A DNA stretch of 63,646 nt, filler included, from Octopus bimaculoides (GCF_001194135.2; 6 parts of 6 records of this genome joined end to end with filler, not necessarily neighbours in it), one strand, 5' to 3'; numbered from the whole stretch's first letter, positions 50,220-63,109 are shown. Program-made: numbers and translations. The notes: generated by a model not told the origin, from the letters alone.

Positions 50220-50810
50220 GTTGGTCTAGATACGATCTGGATGATTCGATGCGATTTGTTCAAGTTCATACTGGCACATTCGAGAAATCTAGTCGGTTCT
50301 TGTCAGATCTTGGAAACGTCTTTGCAGGTTTGTGAGGATTTTGCAGTCCCTCTCCTTTCAGCTAATTTCACACAATCCAAGCGTGCATCCAAATGTTGTT
50401 TCAATCATCCACTAGTTCTAAAGCGCGGGACGTTTCTAGGAAGACCTCTAAGCGGCTTAAGAAATCTTGCCGCCTCCTTCTAGATGTTGCCGGCTAATAG
50501 TCTGAAGATATGGCCTTCACTGCTGGCCACATCCAGTACCACCAGCTTATCTTCTAGGCCCAGGAAGATTATCCATAATTCGAGACCCAGAATTTCCAAA
50601 ACAACATAGTTTTTCTGCCTCTCGATCCTGGCTGATGGAGATGCGTAGAACTCGTAGCGTCGAAAGTGGATGTGAAGGCTTGTACCTCGGAAATTCTTCT
50701 CCCACTGATGACCATCACATCTACATATAGTGAGCTGAGCTCGTTAAACAGGTGTCTCTGCTTTCGAGTTTACGTGCATTCACACTGCTTATTCTAAGTA
50801 AAGTTATGTT
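50220..50810 (-). pseudogene. Tx1-like LINE apurinic endonuclease domain, decayed
   Basis: LRISSVNARKL...LYVDVMVI...KLVVLDV...FRLL...HLDARLDCV...SRSYLD across frameshifts, matching APE motifs (N-terminal NxRGL, C-terminal SYLD/SRID). Confidence 0.65.
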
Positions 50811-52895
50811 AGATAAAAGAAGGAAAGTGAAAAGGACTGCTTACCTTATTCCTGAGGAAGGACAGGTATTCCGGCCTTCCGACTGGTTTTAGGTGTTTCC
50901 AAAGGATAATCTTTGTAGTGTCATTTGTTAACATTTCTCCTAAAATCTATTCAGTGGGGGTGTTTAGTTTTCAAAAAGTTGTGTTTATATTGCTTTGATT
51001 ATGTGTGTCGGTATACTATTTGCAGGTGTGATGTAGTCACCGTGCGTAATGCTTGTATATTGATGTATGAATTACATTTGCTGTTTGTGTCAATGGTCTC
51101 GTAGTTAATGATTTCTTTTTTCTTTGTTCGTGTTTGAGGTAGTGTTTTGGCTTATGTTTTGGGTGTGAATTAAGTTGTGTATGTATTTGTAATGTTGTCA
51201 TTGGTAGTGGTGGTAGTGACGTGACGGTGCTGATAGGATTGGTGCTGCTATTTTTGGCGGTGGTGTTGGTGCATCGTTGTGAAAATGCATCTCTCCTTTA
51301 CATTCGAACTTCCGAGATTTCTTGCTAGCATAGTGCTTTGGGGTTTTTTCCCCTTTTTGTTTCTATTTTCCTTTCTCTTGTGAACTTTTTTGCCATTTAG
51401 AGTTGTAACGGTTAGGTTTTAATTGTGATGGTTACCAATTGTAATGGGTAAGATTGATTAGGTACACAATAATATGAAATGTCGGAGTCAGCAGTTGTAA
51501 CGATAAAAATTTGTTGTTATAACGGCAAATTGTAGGATGTGAAAGATGAACAATGCATGAAGTTTTTTAAGGAAATATTTATTTACCGTTACGTGACAAT
51601 ACCTTGCCTCGACGGGCAGGTTATGATAAATCCAAAAGCATGTGAAGTAAAGTTTGTGTTCTCTTCATTGTTTAGTAGTAATTACAGAGAGAGATAGAAT
51701 GATGTTGCAAGAGAACAGAATTAGAGCTAGTGAGAGTTGTAGGGTTGTGGGCCGTTGTCTCACAGTTGTTGACAGTAAACTTCATTACTCCCTCTGACCA
51801 AGATTCTAGCTGGTCAGCCAGACTTCGTTCTCAAGAAAGTCACCGAAGTGACTGACTGTCTTTTGCTTGCAGGTTCTTGTTTTTATAACTATCCAGAAGG
51901 ATAAACATATCGTTGAGAACAATGGGCTTCGTTGGTGGTTCTGTGATATCTCTATTCTAGCTTTTGGTGAAGTAGAAGAGGTTAGAAAGGGTCAAGTGAT
52001 GAAGACATTGTTTCGGCCTAGCTAAAGCAATCTGGCAAATGTAAAACTACTGTCAGAGAAAAACCATTGTTCCACCGTGAGAAAAGTTCTGTTGAACTGT
52101 AAATTTAATTTTGGCTATGGTGGATCGAATCCACTTCATGCTTGCAAGATTCACTACAGAATCTTTCTCATCATCTTCATCACACGACATGTCAGAGTTG
52201 TCCAAAACGGAGAAAAGCATGAAGAAGGATAGTTTATTCTGTTGTTATTTTTGTTGTTGATTTGGGGATTCTGTTGCTGTTGTTGCTATTGTTGGTTGTG
52301 TCTTTGAGAGCGTTGCTTCTTTGTTGTTACTCTTGCTTCCACGTTTTGTATTGCTGTAGACGCTGCTTCCATTCTTGCATCTGGAGCTGCAGCCACTGTT
52401 GCTACGATTGCATGCTATTGCTGTTCCTATTGGTGTGGCAGTTGCAGTGGCTGTTAGTGTTTTTAATGTTGTAGTAATGGAGACTTTCTTTCAGTTGTCA
52501 TTTTCTGGTGTATTGAGGAGAAGGGCCTAAAGTGATCGGGTTTAGTACATTTGTGGAACCTAGGACTTCTAACCGCGAATGCACTCAGCAGTTTCTTCCT
52601 TCCTGATGTCTTTATTACGTCGATGTCCCTGCCAGTGTTTCGACGTGAATCAGGACGTCCAACCCCATCCTAACTCAATTTCCCTTTCGAAATCTTTTTA
52701 CTTCTTGCAGCGCATTTCACCACCTGTGCCTTTAAAGCGATACCGATGGTGTCACCTGACCTGTAGGTTCTTTTAGCAGAGTCAGCTCTGTTGTAATCAT
52801 TCGGGTCAAGTTCCCGGAGTGAGGACAACATCTCTCTACTTTAGTCTCAAAGAATCTAAAAATGGGTCATGAAGTAGGCTCTTAATGTTCTTATT
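50810..52895 (-). pseudogene. Possible ORF1/5' region of the same Tx1-like LINE, interrupted by an LTR-like block at ~51531-52060
   Basis: Positioned directly upstream of the EN domain, with strand-skewed, broken and partly low-complexity ORFs. No motif recognised. Confidence 0.3.
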
Positions 52896-52899
52896 ATAT

Positions 52900-53873
52900 T
52901 GTAGTGAAACCACCTCTCTCACGATTATATATTTACAAATGCGAACGTAGCAGGAAACAACTCTTTCCCGCCTTGCTGTGTCATCACCTGACTGACTTTT
53001 ATTTTCGCGGCATTTGCCTCCAGTCAGTTCGCGCCAGGACGCAAACCGACCAACCATAGCCACTCATAAGGTCACATGAGAGAGTATTTTTCTGATGCTC
53101 TCTGGAGCCTCTATTTTCCTATAAATAGCCTGTTAGATACGCGTCAATTTGTCGCGGCTACAGATCCTCACAGATCTGGTCGTTGACCACACACGTAACA
53201 CAGCCAGCCAGTTCCAGCGACGACATCAACAGCATCGCTCAACCACGTACTACCAGCATCGTCGCCAACGTCAACATGATTTCTCCACGTACACAAGCAA
53301 CCGCAGCTTCTCTTCTCAACCCTGTTGTGTGAATTGTTCACCACGAAATTAACAGCCAGAACTCAACCTGCGAAGAACATCTGTATCAAGAATCCGGCCC
53401 GGCATCGAAGCCTCAACTGCACGACAAGTGACTCAGCTCTGCCTCAACCGTAACCTCTTATATACAGACAATCTAACTACTGTGTACCTTAACAGAACTG
53501 GTATATCCTTATCCGTGTTACTGACTCTTATCTATACTCTGTATCTCTTGCATTCACATACATATATTTGTACACATACACTATTTTGTTTACATGACGG
53601 CCTGTCTTATATTGTGTTTTAATATGTCGCATTCACACACACACAGACATACAGTTTAATGCCCCAATAAATCTTACTGTTATTCATCTTTATCGGTTGC
53701 GTTTCTATCCTTATCTTACTGGCACTCCTTCGCATTTCACATGCGAATTCTCTATGCTATAGTATTATAACATATTATCATTATATATTTTGTGTCGACC
53801 GTGTGACGCGTTAAAAAGGAGCCTGTTTTCCATTCGTCACCATTTCTCCTTTGGTTCGCACGGTCGTTCTACA
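52900..53873 (+). mobile_element. Solo LTR, 974 bp
   Basis: Termini TGTAG...CTACA, 4-bp TSD ATAT at 52896-52899 and 53874-53877, TATAAATA near 53120 and AATAAA near 53666. Confidence 0.85.
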
Positions 53874-53889
53874 ATATTTTATCTTTTTC

Positions 53890-54025
53890 TTGATTCAGGC
53901 GTTAGACTACGGACACGCTGGAATTCCACCTTGAAGAATTTTAATTAAAGGGATCACTCCCAGTACTTTTTTTTAAGCCTGATACTTATTTTATAGGTTA
54001 CTTATGCCGAACCGCTATGTCACGG
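53890..54025 (-). mobile_element. SINE family A fragment truncating the Gypsy RT
   Basis: TTAGACTACGG...AAGCCTGATACTTATT...GCCGAACCGCTATG. Confidence 0.65.
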
Positions 54026-54029
54026 ATAA

Positions 54030-55158
54030 TGAAGTTGTACCGAATACACATTTAGCTGGATTGATCTTTACATGATACGCTCGCAGACGTTGAAACAACT
54101 GAGCTAGATATTGATGATGATGTTCAACTGTATCGCTAGCTACTAGGAGGTCATCTACATAAGCAAAACAAAATTCAATCCGCATACGATTTCATCGATG
54201 AAGCGCTGGAATGTACTGGCAGCATTTCTCAGACCAAAAGGCCTAGACGGGAAATGGAATGAACCAAACGGAGTGGTTACGGAAGTTTGAGGTATATGTT
54301 CCGGGTTCATCGGGATTTGGTGGTACGCACGTACCAGATCCACTTTGGAAAATATAGTGCAGCCATGGAGAACGAAAGAGAAATCCTTTAAGTTGGGTAG
54401 AGGATAACGATTGGGCGTGGTGATAGCATTAAGTCTCCTGTAATCACCAACGGGTCTAAAATCCGCTTCACCCTTCCGAGTTAAGTCTTGCGGAGATGCC
54501 CAATGGCTAGTAGAAGGACGTATAAGACCGATCTGGAGCATGTGCTCGAATTGAGCGCGGGCTTTCTTGAGCCTGTCTGGCGCTAATCTATGTGGAAGAG
54601 ATAAAACGAGTGGGCCAGTTGTAATAAAATGTTGAATCGAGTGGACTGTCTGGGTAGGCTTAAATGAGAGATCCGTTAACTCGGGAAACGAAGCAAGAAG
54701 AGTATGAAACTGCTTACTGGTAACAGCTACAAAAAATTATGGGCTGAGGATATCAGTGGTAGATTCACATGCAGGCGTAAAGATGTGGTAGTATCCACAA
54801 GTCTCTGTTTCCTCACATCTACCAAGAGTGAATAGTGGTGTAAGAAGTCCGCCCTGAGGATAGGATGCGGCAGGTCGGCGATGACAAAAATCCATTTAAA
54901 ATCTCAACACAAGGCAAGGTCTAGAGTTAAAGATGTCTGACCGTAGGTTTTGATGGGAGACTGGTTCACCGCGTATAAGGAAATACTGGATAACTGTGGC
55001 TTGTTAGAGCTGAACCGTAATGGCAAAATACTGCAACTTGATCCTGTATCGACCATGAACGACCTGTTTGAGACTAGGTCCCTAATGAAGAAAGACCGAT
55101 TAGCTGAAAAGTTGTGAGAGAAGTCTGACGTGCCCAGGCTCTCCAGGTTCAGTTTTCC
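54030..55158 (-). pseudogene. pol: Ty3/Gypsy pol: aspartic protease and reverse transcriptase, 3'-truncated
   Basis: FMVDTGSSCSILP...FKWIFVIAD..ILRADFL; IRPSTSHWASP...GDYRRLNAIT...FSKVDLVRAYHQIP...PFGLRNAASTFQRFID; YVDD after a 1-nt frameshift. At least one in-frame stop is present. Confidence 0.95.
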
Positions 55159-55960
55159 GACACTTTAAAAGCACAAGGCTTGTTACAATGACGTGCCTTG
55201 TGAAAACGAGCGTGGTACCAACACACTGAAGAATTATTGATTGAAAAACTGTTACGTCGTTGAGAAGAGAAAGAACGACTTCGCGAACGCCGTCTAACAC
55301 AACAGATTTGAGATATTTGGCGCGTTAAACCATCGATAGCCTTCACCATGACATCTCCATTTTTATTATCAGGCTGTTGTTGAGAAGACGTTGAAGCAAT
55401 AACCGAATCAGCTGCGGTGGGTCTGTGAGGAAATTCCATTATCCTATCTGCAGATGAAGCGATTTGATCTATAGTGTTGGTGTCAACCATATTCGCCAAT
55501 ATCGTCTGTACATTAGTTGGTAAGCGGGGGAAAAAATAATTTTTTTACGAAGAAGCTGTCTGCATGTGTATCGTCACTGAGTTCTCGGATCCGCCTAAGA
55601 AATTCCGAAGGAGTTCTGTCACCCAGGTTCTCATCCTGTAACCATGGAAACGGCTTTCTGATGATTTAGAATTTCTGCGTAGTACTTCTGTTCTCAAAGA
55701 ATCGTTGGTCATGCCTTTGGAAAATCTGTGATGATATCTTTAACGGTATCTGCTAAAATCGCGAGAATGCCACTAATAAGCACGTGTAGCTACTCTACCA
55801 ACCCTCTATAGAAATCCGCAGTGGTAACCTCACTGCCGGTATTGCTCGCCCGAGAGAACAGGTTGAGCGGCTTATATACCATGTGCTGTGAAGTAAAAAT
55901 CAAGCTGTGCAAACTATAGCTTAGCATCGCCAGAATAAGCTGGGATGGAAGTGTTACTCA
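55149..55960 (-). pseudogene. gag: Ty3/Gypsy gag
   Basis: PAYSGDAKL*FAQLDFYF, LGDRTPSEFLRRIREL, LPTNVQTILA, SADRIME and the terminal CWYHARF..ARHCNKPC knuckle. Confidence 0.9.
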
Positions 55961-56171
55961 GGATTATGACAAAAAAAAAACAGGCGTGATAAGTTGACTT
56001 TTTCCTTTGACACGGAAGACGCGAAATTATTTCAAAACTAGAATATCAGAGGTGCTGGTAGAGTAATGTAGAATTACCTTGAAGAGTGAAGTTTGGCGTC
56101 GATTTACCACGTGCTGTGGGTTGCGTATTCAAAAATCGGGTTCACTATTTTGTAGCGGCTGCTGTGTTCTG

Positions 56172-56255
56172 ACGTCGGAAGTACCATTTTATAGTGATGT
56201 CAGTAAGTGACATCCTATAATTTTTATAATTGCATACAAGAAAGAGGGGTCACCA
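56172..56255 (-). promoter_or_regulatory. Candidate tRNA-Trp primer-binding site(s) of the Gypsy element
   Basis: TGGTGACCCC at 56246-56255 and TGGTACTTCCGACGT at 56172-56186 both resemble the complement of the tRNA-Trp 3' end (TGGTGACCCCGACGTG). Confidence 0.5.
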
Positions 56256-56649
56256 TCTTGCACGTAAACGACAAGAAAATAAGCAATTTGTAAGACGTTC
56301 GTAATAAGTCATAACATATAAGGTTAATTGAGGGAAAAGCTAGTGACATCACTTGAACATATTTTGCAAGCAAATAAGGTGAACATCCGCGCGTGCAGGT
56401 ATGCATGCGAGAGGCATGACTCAATGCATGTCTAGGAACCGACAGGCAAGAGTGAGTTCTTTATTTGCCTATAAACGCCTTACAAAGATATAAAAAACAC
56501 AAAGGTGGGTCGGGAACAAGCAACAGACATGCATTACAGTGGAGGGGGAGTTCATGCGTCTGTGATTACGAATGTAGAGTTAAAATGACAGAAACGTCAT
56601 GTGATTAAAAATTAATGATATATAATTAGGAATTTTACAAAATTTTCTT

Positions 56650-56888
56650 CCGGGTTTCATTTCAACCCGCCGACTTTAGACCTTTGCTTTACTTCTTTTG
56701 TGGGAGAGGTAGGATCGCTTCCTTCCTTCTTTTCCCTAGACCAGCTACACAAGCACGGCCCCATTCCTTCTCAACTTTCTTACCACGCTTATTCATATTT
56801 TCTCATATACACTTTGGGGCAGGCACTTCCTCTCCAGACGGATTTTCCTTATGAGGTGGAAGTTGAACCAACTTTCCAACCCCTGTCC
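56650..56888 (-). mobile_element. Tx1-like LINE 3' end
   Basis: GQGLESWFNFHLIRKIRLERKCLPQSVYEKI*ISVVRKLRRNGAVLV*, resembling the ORF2 C-terminus of Tx1-clade elements. Confidence 0.6.
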
Positions 56889-57147
56889 NNNNNNNNNNNN
56901 NNNNNNNNNNNNNNNNNNNNNNNNNNNNNNNNTTAATTAATTAANNNNNNNNNNNNNNNNNNNNNNNNNNNNNNNNNNNNNNNNNNNNTATATATATATA
57001 TATATATACAAATATATATGTATATATATATATATATACATATATACATATATATACATATATATATACACATGTATATATACGCGCGAGTGCGTGTGTG
57101 TCTACCCATATGTGTATGTATTTGCATATATATACATACACACATAG

Positions 57148-57192
<45 letters not shown>

Positions 57193-57202
57193 NNNNNNNN
57201 NN

Positions 57203-57238
<36 letters not shown>

Positions 57239-57849
57239 AAAATTCTTTATATATTTGAATATGTATATATATATACATAAATACATACATACATATCTAT
57301 ATTTCTATGTGTATGTGTATGTGTATGTATGTGTATATTACTTACGTAAAGTACATCATGTTCTGTAAAGCTTTATGTCTATATTGCATATCTGTTGCTA
57401 CAGGCAATCATGGAACAGAGTCCTACATAAGCAAATAAAGAATATTGAAAAATAAAACTGTATTTCTATCTGAATTTGTTTGGCTTAATTAAATTTGAAA
57501 TTTCGTTTCGTTCCCTATTTCGTTTCGTTTCATATGTCGTTCCGTTTCATACAGGTTTTCGCTAGCATCTATGACGTATATATTATACTCCGTTAACTGT
57601 TTCTTTCTCTTTTGTATATTTTTTCTTTTTCTATGAAAACTCTGCATTGTGACATGTTTGTATGATTGGCTTATAATTAAATTACACACTCACACACAGT
57701 CACACAATCACATAGACACATATATTCACGGGAATCTGATAATTCATTCTTCACTGCCATGAGTTATATATTAGGACGGAAAGTAATTCCTGTCACATTT
57801 TCACATTGGAGAGTTATAAGTACTTCTTTGGTCTCATCATATTTAACCA

Positions 57850-58385
57850 AGATGAAGGCAGCGAGCCGGCAGAATTCTTAGCACACCGGGCAGGTTGACT
57901 TTGCCTTTCATCCATTCGAGATCGATAAAATAAGTACCAGTTGAACACTGAGATTGAAGTAACCGACATAACCCTCTTCCAGACTTGCTGGCCTCGTACC
58001 AAAATTTGACATCAATATATCTAATTAAGATGAAGGTGGCGATCTGGCAGAAACGTTAGTGCACTGAGCAAAATACTTAGCGGCATTTTGTCCGTCGTTC
58101 TGAGTTCAAATGCCGCCAGGATCGGCTTTGCCTTTCATCTTTTCGGGCTCAGTATAATAAGTACCAGTTGAGCACTGGTGGGGTCGATGTGATTAACTAG
58201 CCCTCTCTCACGAAATTGCTAGCCTTGTGCCAAAATTAGAATCCAATATATTTGATGAAGATTTCTCCCCGTCATTAGTAATAAGTTATTTTACTGAGTT
58301 CGAAATTCGAACTTAGAACGTAAAAACCCGAAAGAAATACTGCTAAGCATTTAATCCGACGTGCTAACAGTTCAGCTAGGTTTCG
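57850..58385. mobile_element. SINE family B copies (57855-58020 plus, 58030-58250 plus, 58290-58385 minus)
   Basis: Family B head, body and tail motifs. Another copy lies at 58925-59110(+). Confidence 0.8.
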
Positions 58386-58452
58386 TATCTGCTTTCCTGC
58401 AAATTTATGTACGATTGTGCACCAGCTAGAAATTAGCTTATTAGCAATTTCA

Positions 58453-58507
<55 letters not shown>

Positions 58508-59199
58508 ATCTCTCTCGCTCACTCACTCATTCACTGTTTCTTCTCGCTTCAATCTTCCTTACCAACAAATTATTTCATTTTATTTTTCATTTTACTTTGT
58601 CGTTGTTGTTTTCCCCCCAACAGCTGTTTCTTCTTTTTTTTACTTAATATGCAACAGCTTAATGTTTTGAAGATATTATACCTAGCAGACATTATTGTCA
58701 ATATTGCTCTAACGAAAATGCATTAAGTTGACTACAATCAAATTTATGAAATGATTAAAATAAATAAAAGTTGAAAAGACGTGAAAAAATATATAAAACA
58801 AAATATATTTCGGAGTTGATTGGTTGAAATAAGCGAAATATAATTCAAATCTATAATCACATATATGTGCGTATGTGTTATATGTGTGTGCGTGCGTGCG
58901 CGTGCATGCATATGTGTAGGATGAACTGCCAGGATGTCCAGTGCGTCGGGAAAATACATTGTGATATTTATTCCAGTTCTTTACATTCTAAGTTCAAATC
59001 CAACCGATCTCTACATTTCCTTTCATTCATTCAGTGTTGGTAATATAAAGTACCAGTCGAACAGTGAGACGGTATCGATCGACAATCCCCTCCTTAAAAA
59101 CTGCTTTCCTTGTAATATAATCAAAAATCATATNNNNNNNNNNNNNNCAAATAATATGTGAGTATATGCATATATACGTACATGTATGTACATACCTAC

Positions 59200-59390
59200 A
59201 TCTACATGTGTATATAGATGCATATGTGGGTACAAGACGTTGCAAAAAAAACGTGGACAAATTGATAAACAGAGCACAGAAAACACACAGGCTACATAGA
59301 GAACGTTTCCTTCATCAGCTGCCACCATTCTAAAACTAAGCGTTTCGAAGAGTTAGGGTAGGACGCATTGTTAGAATATATGTATGCATG
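59200..59390 (-). mobile_element. Possible Penelope-like terminal fragment
   Basis: Contains CTTCGAAACG and CAGCTGATGAAGG half-motifs typical of PLE ends. No complete fold. Confidence 0.35.
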
Positions 59391-61008
59391 TATGTATGTA
59401 TGTATGTATAATTAAGATTCAAATTGAGGCACCAACCCAGTTCGGTATAGTCCGCGCAGTTCGAAGTTAGGTGAACAAAATGCAAATAAGTAACAAGGAT
59501 GTCCAAGTATTAATGCATTACGCCCGTTTCAAGCGACTCCATTTAATTGATGAATGAAAACATTACATCAATTTGAAAGAAACCGCTCTCTTCAGCAGTA
59601 GATGGCCATAGAGATTACCAACATAAAGGATAAACCATTTTTAGCAAATTTATATCAGTACTAGAAATGAAAGTGATTACATTGTTTCCTTATGTTATAT
59701 TTGTGGCAAAATGAATTTAGAGAATAACGCATGTCTTATTACGCCTACTATAATTTAGAGAGTAGCAGACGAAAACAGTGGGGGGTCAAGATATAGGAGT
59801 GGTGAGATAGTTATTTTTATTTATTTGATTTTTATTTATATGATTTTATGCAGCATATAATCTACAACTATTTAGAATTAAATCCATTGGGAGTTGTCAG
59901 CTATCTTCTAGTTGATGGTGACAAATTAATTAATGTCAGACAACCTCCCAGACTCTTATTTTACTGGAACCATATACCTAGCTTTAACTACATAAAAGAT
60001 ATGACTCAGAGCTGCTAGTGAGAGAATGATTGATGGGGAAGAGGTGATAACTAGAAAAAGGAAGGATAGAGGTGGCTAGTACTTATTTAGATTATTATAT
60101 AAAAGGAGAATATAGTGATAAACAAAAGAGGTAAAAATAAGCTCAAAGGGTGGGAATTAGAATTGAAGGATACGGGATGTAGTAATTCATAACTTATCAA
60201 ATTTATTATATTAAATTTAGAAAAGAATTTTAGATCAATATATATGAAAAGTTTAGAAATTAAACTTAAAACTTAATAATGGGGTACTTTGATATATAAG
60301 AGAAAGTTCATAAGGCCTTTCCTAAGCATATTGTTCTGGTGATCATGATGAAACCAATCCACAATGAATTTATAAATGAATTAAATCATCATTTGAGTTG
60401 GAGTATATAGTATATATTAAATCAAAACAAGGATTATTATCCTCATTACAGGTAGATAAGTATAAGATATTGAAAATATGGAATTGAATGTAAGAAGTAA
60501 TTAAATTAGCGGTATACTAAATGTATAACAGAGTACACGCGGAAGTAATAATTTAACTGATATGGGCATGTAACTATTTATTGAATATTACATGATTCAA
60601 ATAAAATAAGTATTTCCATATTGGGGTATGACTTTATAAAAGATCTTGTAAAAAAAAATCATTTATAGATTACAGGCACTATGAAAAAATTATGAAAGGA
60701 TATGAGAAAGTATAAAAATATCACATATATCTGGACAATTTATAAAGTTTATGAAGCATAAAGTGTAATTATAAATATAAATATAATATTGTACTATACA
60801 GTGAGTTTTAAAGAAATTATAAACCTCTCTACAATTTGTAGAAGCTACACAAGTATATGGGAGGGTATATAGATATATAAAAATTTAATAATATAAGATA
60901 TAAAAAATATAAAAATTAAAATATTTTTATATAAAAAGTTTTTATAAAGAATTAATAAAATAAAATATTTCATTGCAAATGATATAAAAGGTATAACAGA
61001 GATAAAAC

Positions 61009-61067
<59 letters not shown>

Positions 61068-61559
61068 TAAGGATAAGTCAAGGTATGCATGACAAATGTT
61101 AATTAAAGAATAAATAAATTAAGTTAAAGATACCTTTGGAAATAGGTTTATAAAATATTTGTAAAATATGTCAGAGACACTAATTAAGTACCAGTTCCTA
61201 GGGGGTATACCTTATACTTAGGGGAGGCGCAAGATTTAGTAACCCGTTGCAAATTTATATATTATAACTATAGGGGAAGAAAATCCCAGTAACGAAGGGG
61301 AATAGATGTAATATAAATATTGAAGGAATACAGATTAAAATGGTTAGGGGTTACTAGAGAGCAATACTACATGTATTTCTAGATAATAGAGGGTGTGTTG
61401 TGAATAATATGACACCCCAGATAACTCATGCTACCAAATCACACAAATTAAGTACCAGTGAAACACTAGGGTTGATATAATCAACCAGAACCCTCCCCAC
61501 AAATTTCAAGTCTTGTACCATTAGTAGAAAGGTTGTTATTATTATTATAAAAGGACGTT

Positions 61560-61714
61560 GCTACGTTCTGAGTTCAAATTCCGCTGAGGTCGACTTTGCC
61601 TTTCATCTTCGGAGTTGATAAATTACCAGTGAAAGTACCAGTGAAACACTGGGGTCGATATAATCGACTAGTTCCCTCCCTACAACTTCAGGCCTTGTGC
61701 CTTTAGTAGATAGG

Positions 61715-61771
<57 letters not shown>

Positions 61772-62050
61772 TAGTTTTATTTTTATAACGTGCTTTCACT
61801 TCACTACCGAGCGCAGCTCTGTGCGCCTTGGGTATGTGCTGTGGTTTGCTGTGGTGCTCTTATGTTTACTGTATTGAAAGTGTTTTGCGTAGAATGTGTG
61901 CAGTACCCAGTAGTGCAATTTTCTGTATGTTATATATATTTGTAAGTCCTGCTATTTTTGTTATGTATTTGTCTGAATATTTTTTTATTATACCTAAGGC
62001 ACCTACTATGATAGGAATTGTTTCTGTTTTTAGATTCCACATTCGAGTTA
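61560..62050. mobile_element. SINE B (61560-61720 plus) tail-to-tail with an R4/Dong-like 3' end (61765-62050 minus) across (ATT)n
   Basis: The LINE part is the reverse complement of 18675-18955 at high similarity. Confidence 0.85.
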
Positions 62051-62150
62051 NNNNNNNNNNNNNNNNNNNNNNNNNNNNNNNNNNNNNNNNNNNNTTAATT
62101 AATTAANNNNNNNNNNNNNNNNNNNNNNNNNNNNNNNNNNNNNNNNNNNN

Positions 62151-62188
<38 letters not shown>

Positions 62189-62577
62189 TATATACATATA
62201 CATATACACACTTGAGTGGGCTATGGTGTCCGAATCCTGATTTGAATGACTTTGTCAACCGGGGATATTAAGTTAGACATGGCCTGGGCCAATACGAGTC
62301 GAAACCTATCAAAGTATGTATATGTATGTATGTATGTATGTATATATGTATGTATGTATGCATGCCTGTGTATAAATTCTTGCAAACAGACTTACATCAC
62401 ACGCAATTACGCTAAAAACATCATTTATAATACTTGGCGGGATTTGAAAAAGTAATATCAAATCAAAGAACTAAAAGAACGAACATCTTGAAATTCCTGC
62501 CACAATCTGAAACATTTCAATCCATGTTCAGCATCTTACTCATTAAATGATGTTGTCGTCGATGTTGTTGTTGTTGT

Positions 62578-62619
<42 letters not shown>

Positions 62620-63109
62620 GGANNNNNNNNNNNNNNNNNNNNNNNNNNNNNNNNNNNNNNNNNNNNNNNNNNNNNNNNNNNNNNNNNNNNNNNNNNNNNN
62701 NNNNNNNNNNNNNNNNNNNNNNNNNNNNNNNNNNNNNNNNNNNNNNNNNNNNNNNNNNNNNNNNNNNNNNNNNNNNNNNNNNNNNNNNNNNNNNNNNNNN
62801 NNNNNNNNNNNNNNNNNNNNNNNNNNNNNNNNNNNNNNNNNNNNNNNNNNNNNNNNNNNNNNNNNNNNNNNNNNNNNNNNNNNNNNNNNNNNNNNNNNNN
62901 NNNNNNNNNNNNNNNNNNNNNNNNNNNNNNNNNNNNNNNNNNNNNNNNNNNNNNNNNNNNNNNNNNNNNNNNNNNNNNNNNNNNNNNNNNNNNNNNNNNN
63001 NNNNNNNNNNNNNNNNNNNNNNNNNNNNNNNNNNNNNNNNNNNNNNNNNNNNNNNNNNNNNNNNNNNNNNNNNNNNNNNNNNNNNNNNNNNNNNNNNNNN
63101 NNNNNNNNN

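Noticed and set aside
56259-56639. 5' LTR of the Gypsy element
   Set aside because: The position and a minus-strand AATAAA fit, but there is no second LTR or TSD to fix the boundaries and two PBS candidates compete.
59295-59360. Fourth hammerhead (CTGATGAAGGAAACGTT and CTTCGAAACG)
   Set aside because: No stem II between the core halves and no stem I closure, so only partial motifs.
59410-61430. Nuclear mitochondrial insertion
   Set aside because: AT-rich, but I found no mitochondrial protein, rRNA or tRNA motif on either strand. Not fully excluded without BLAST.
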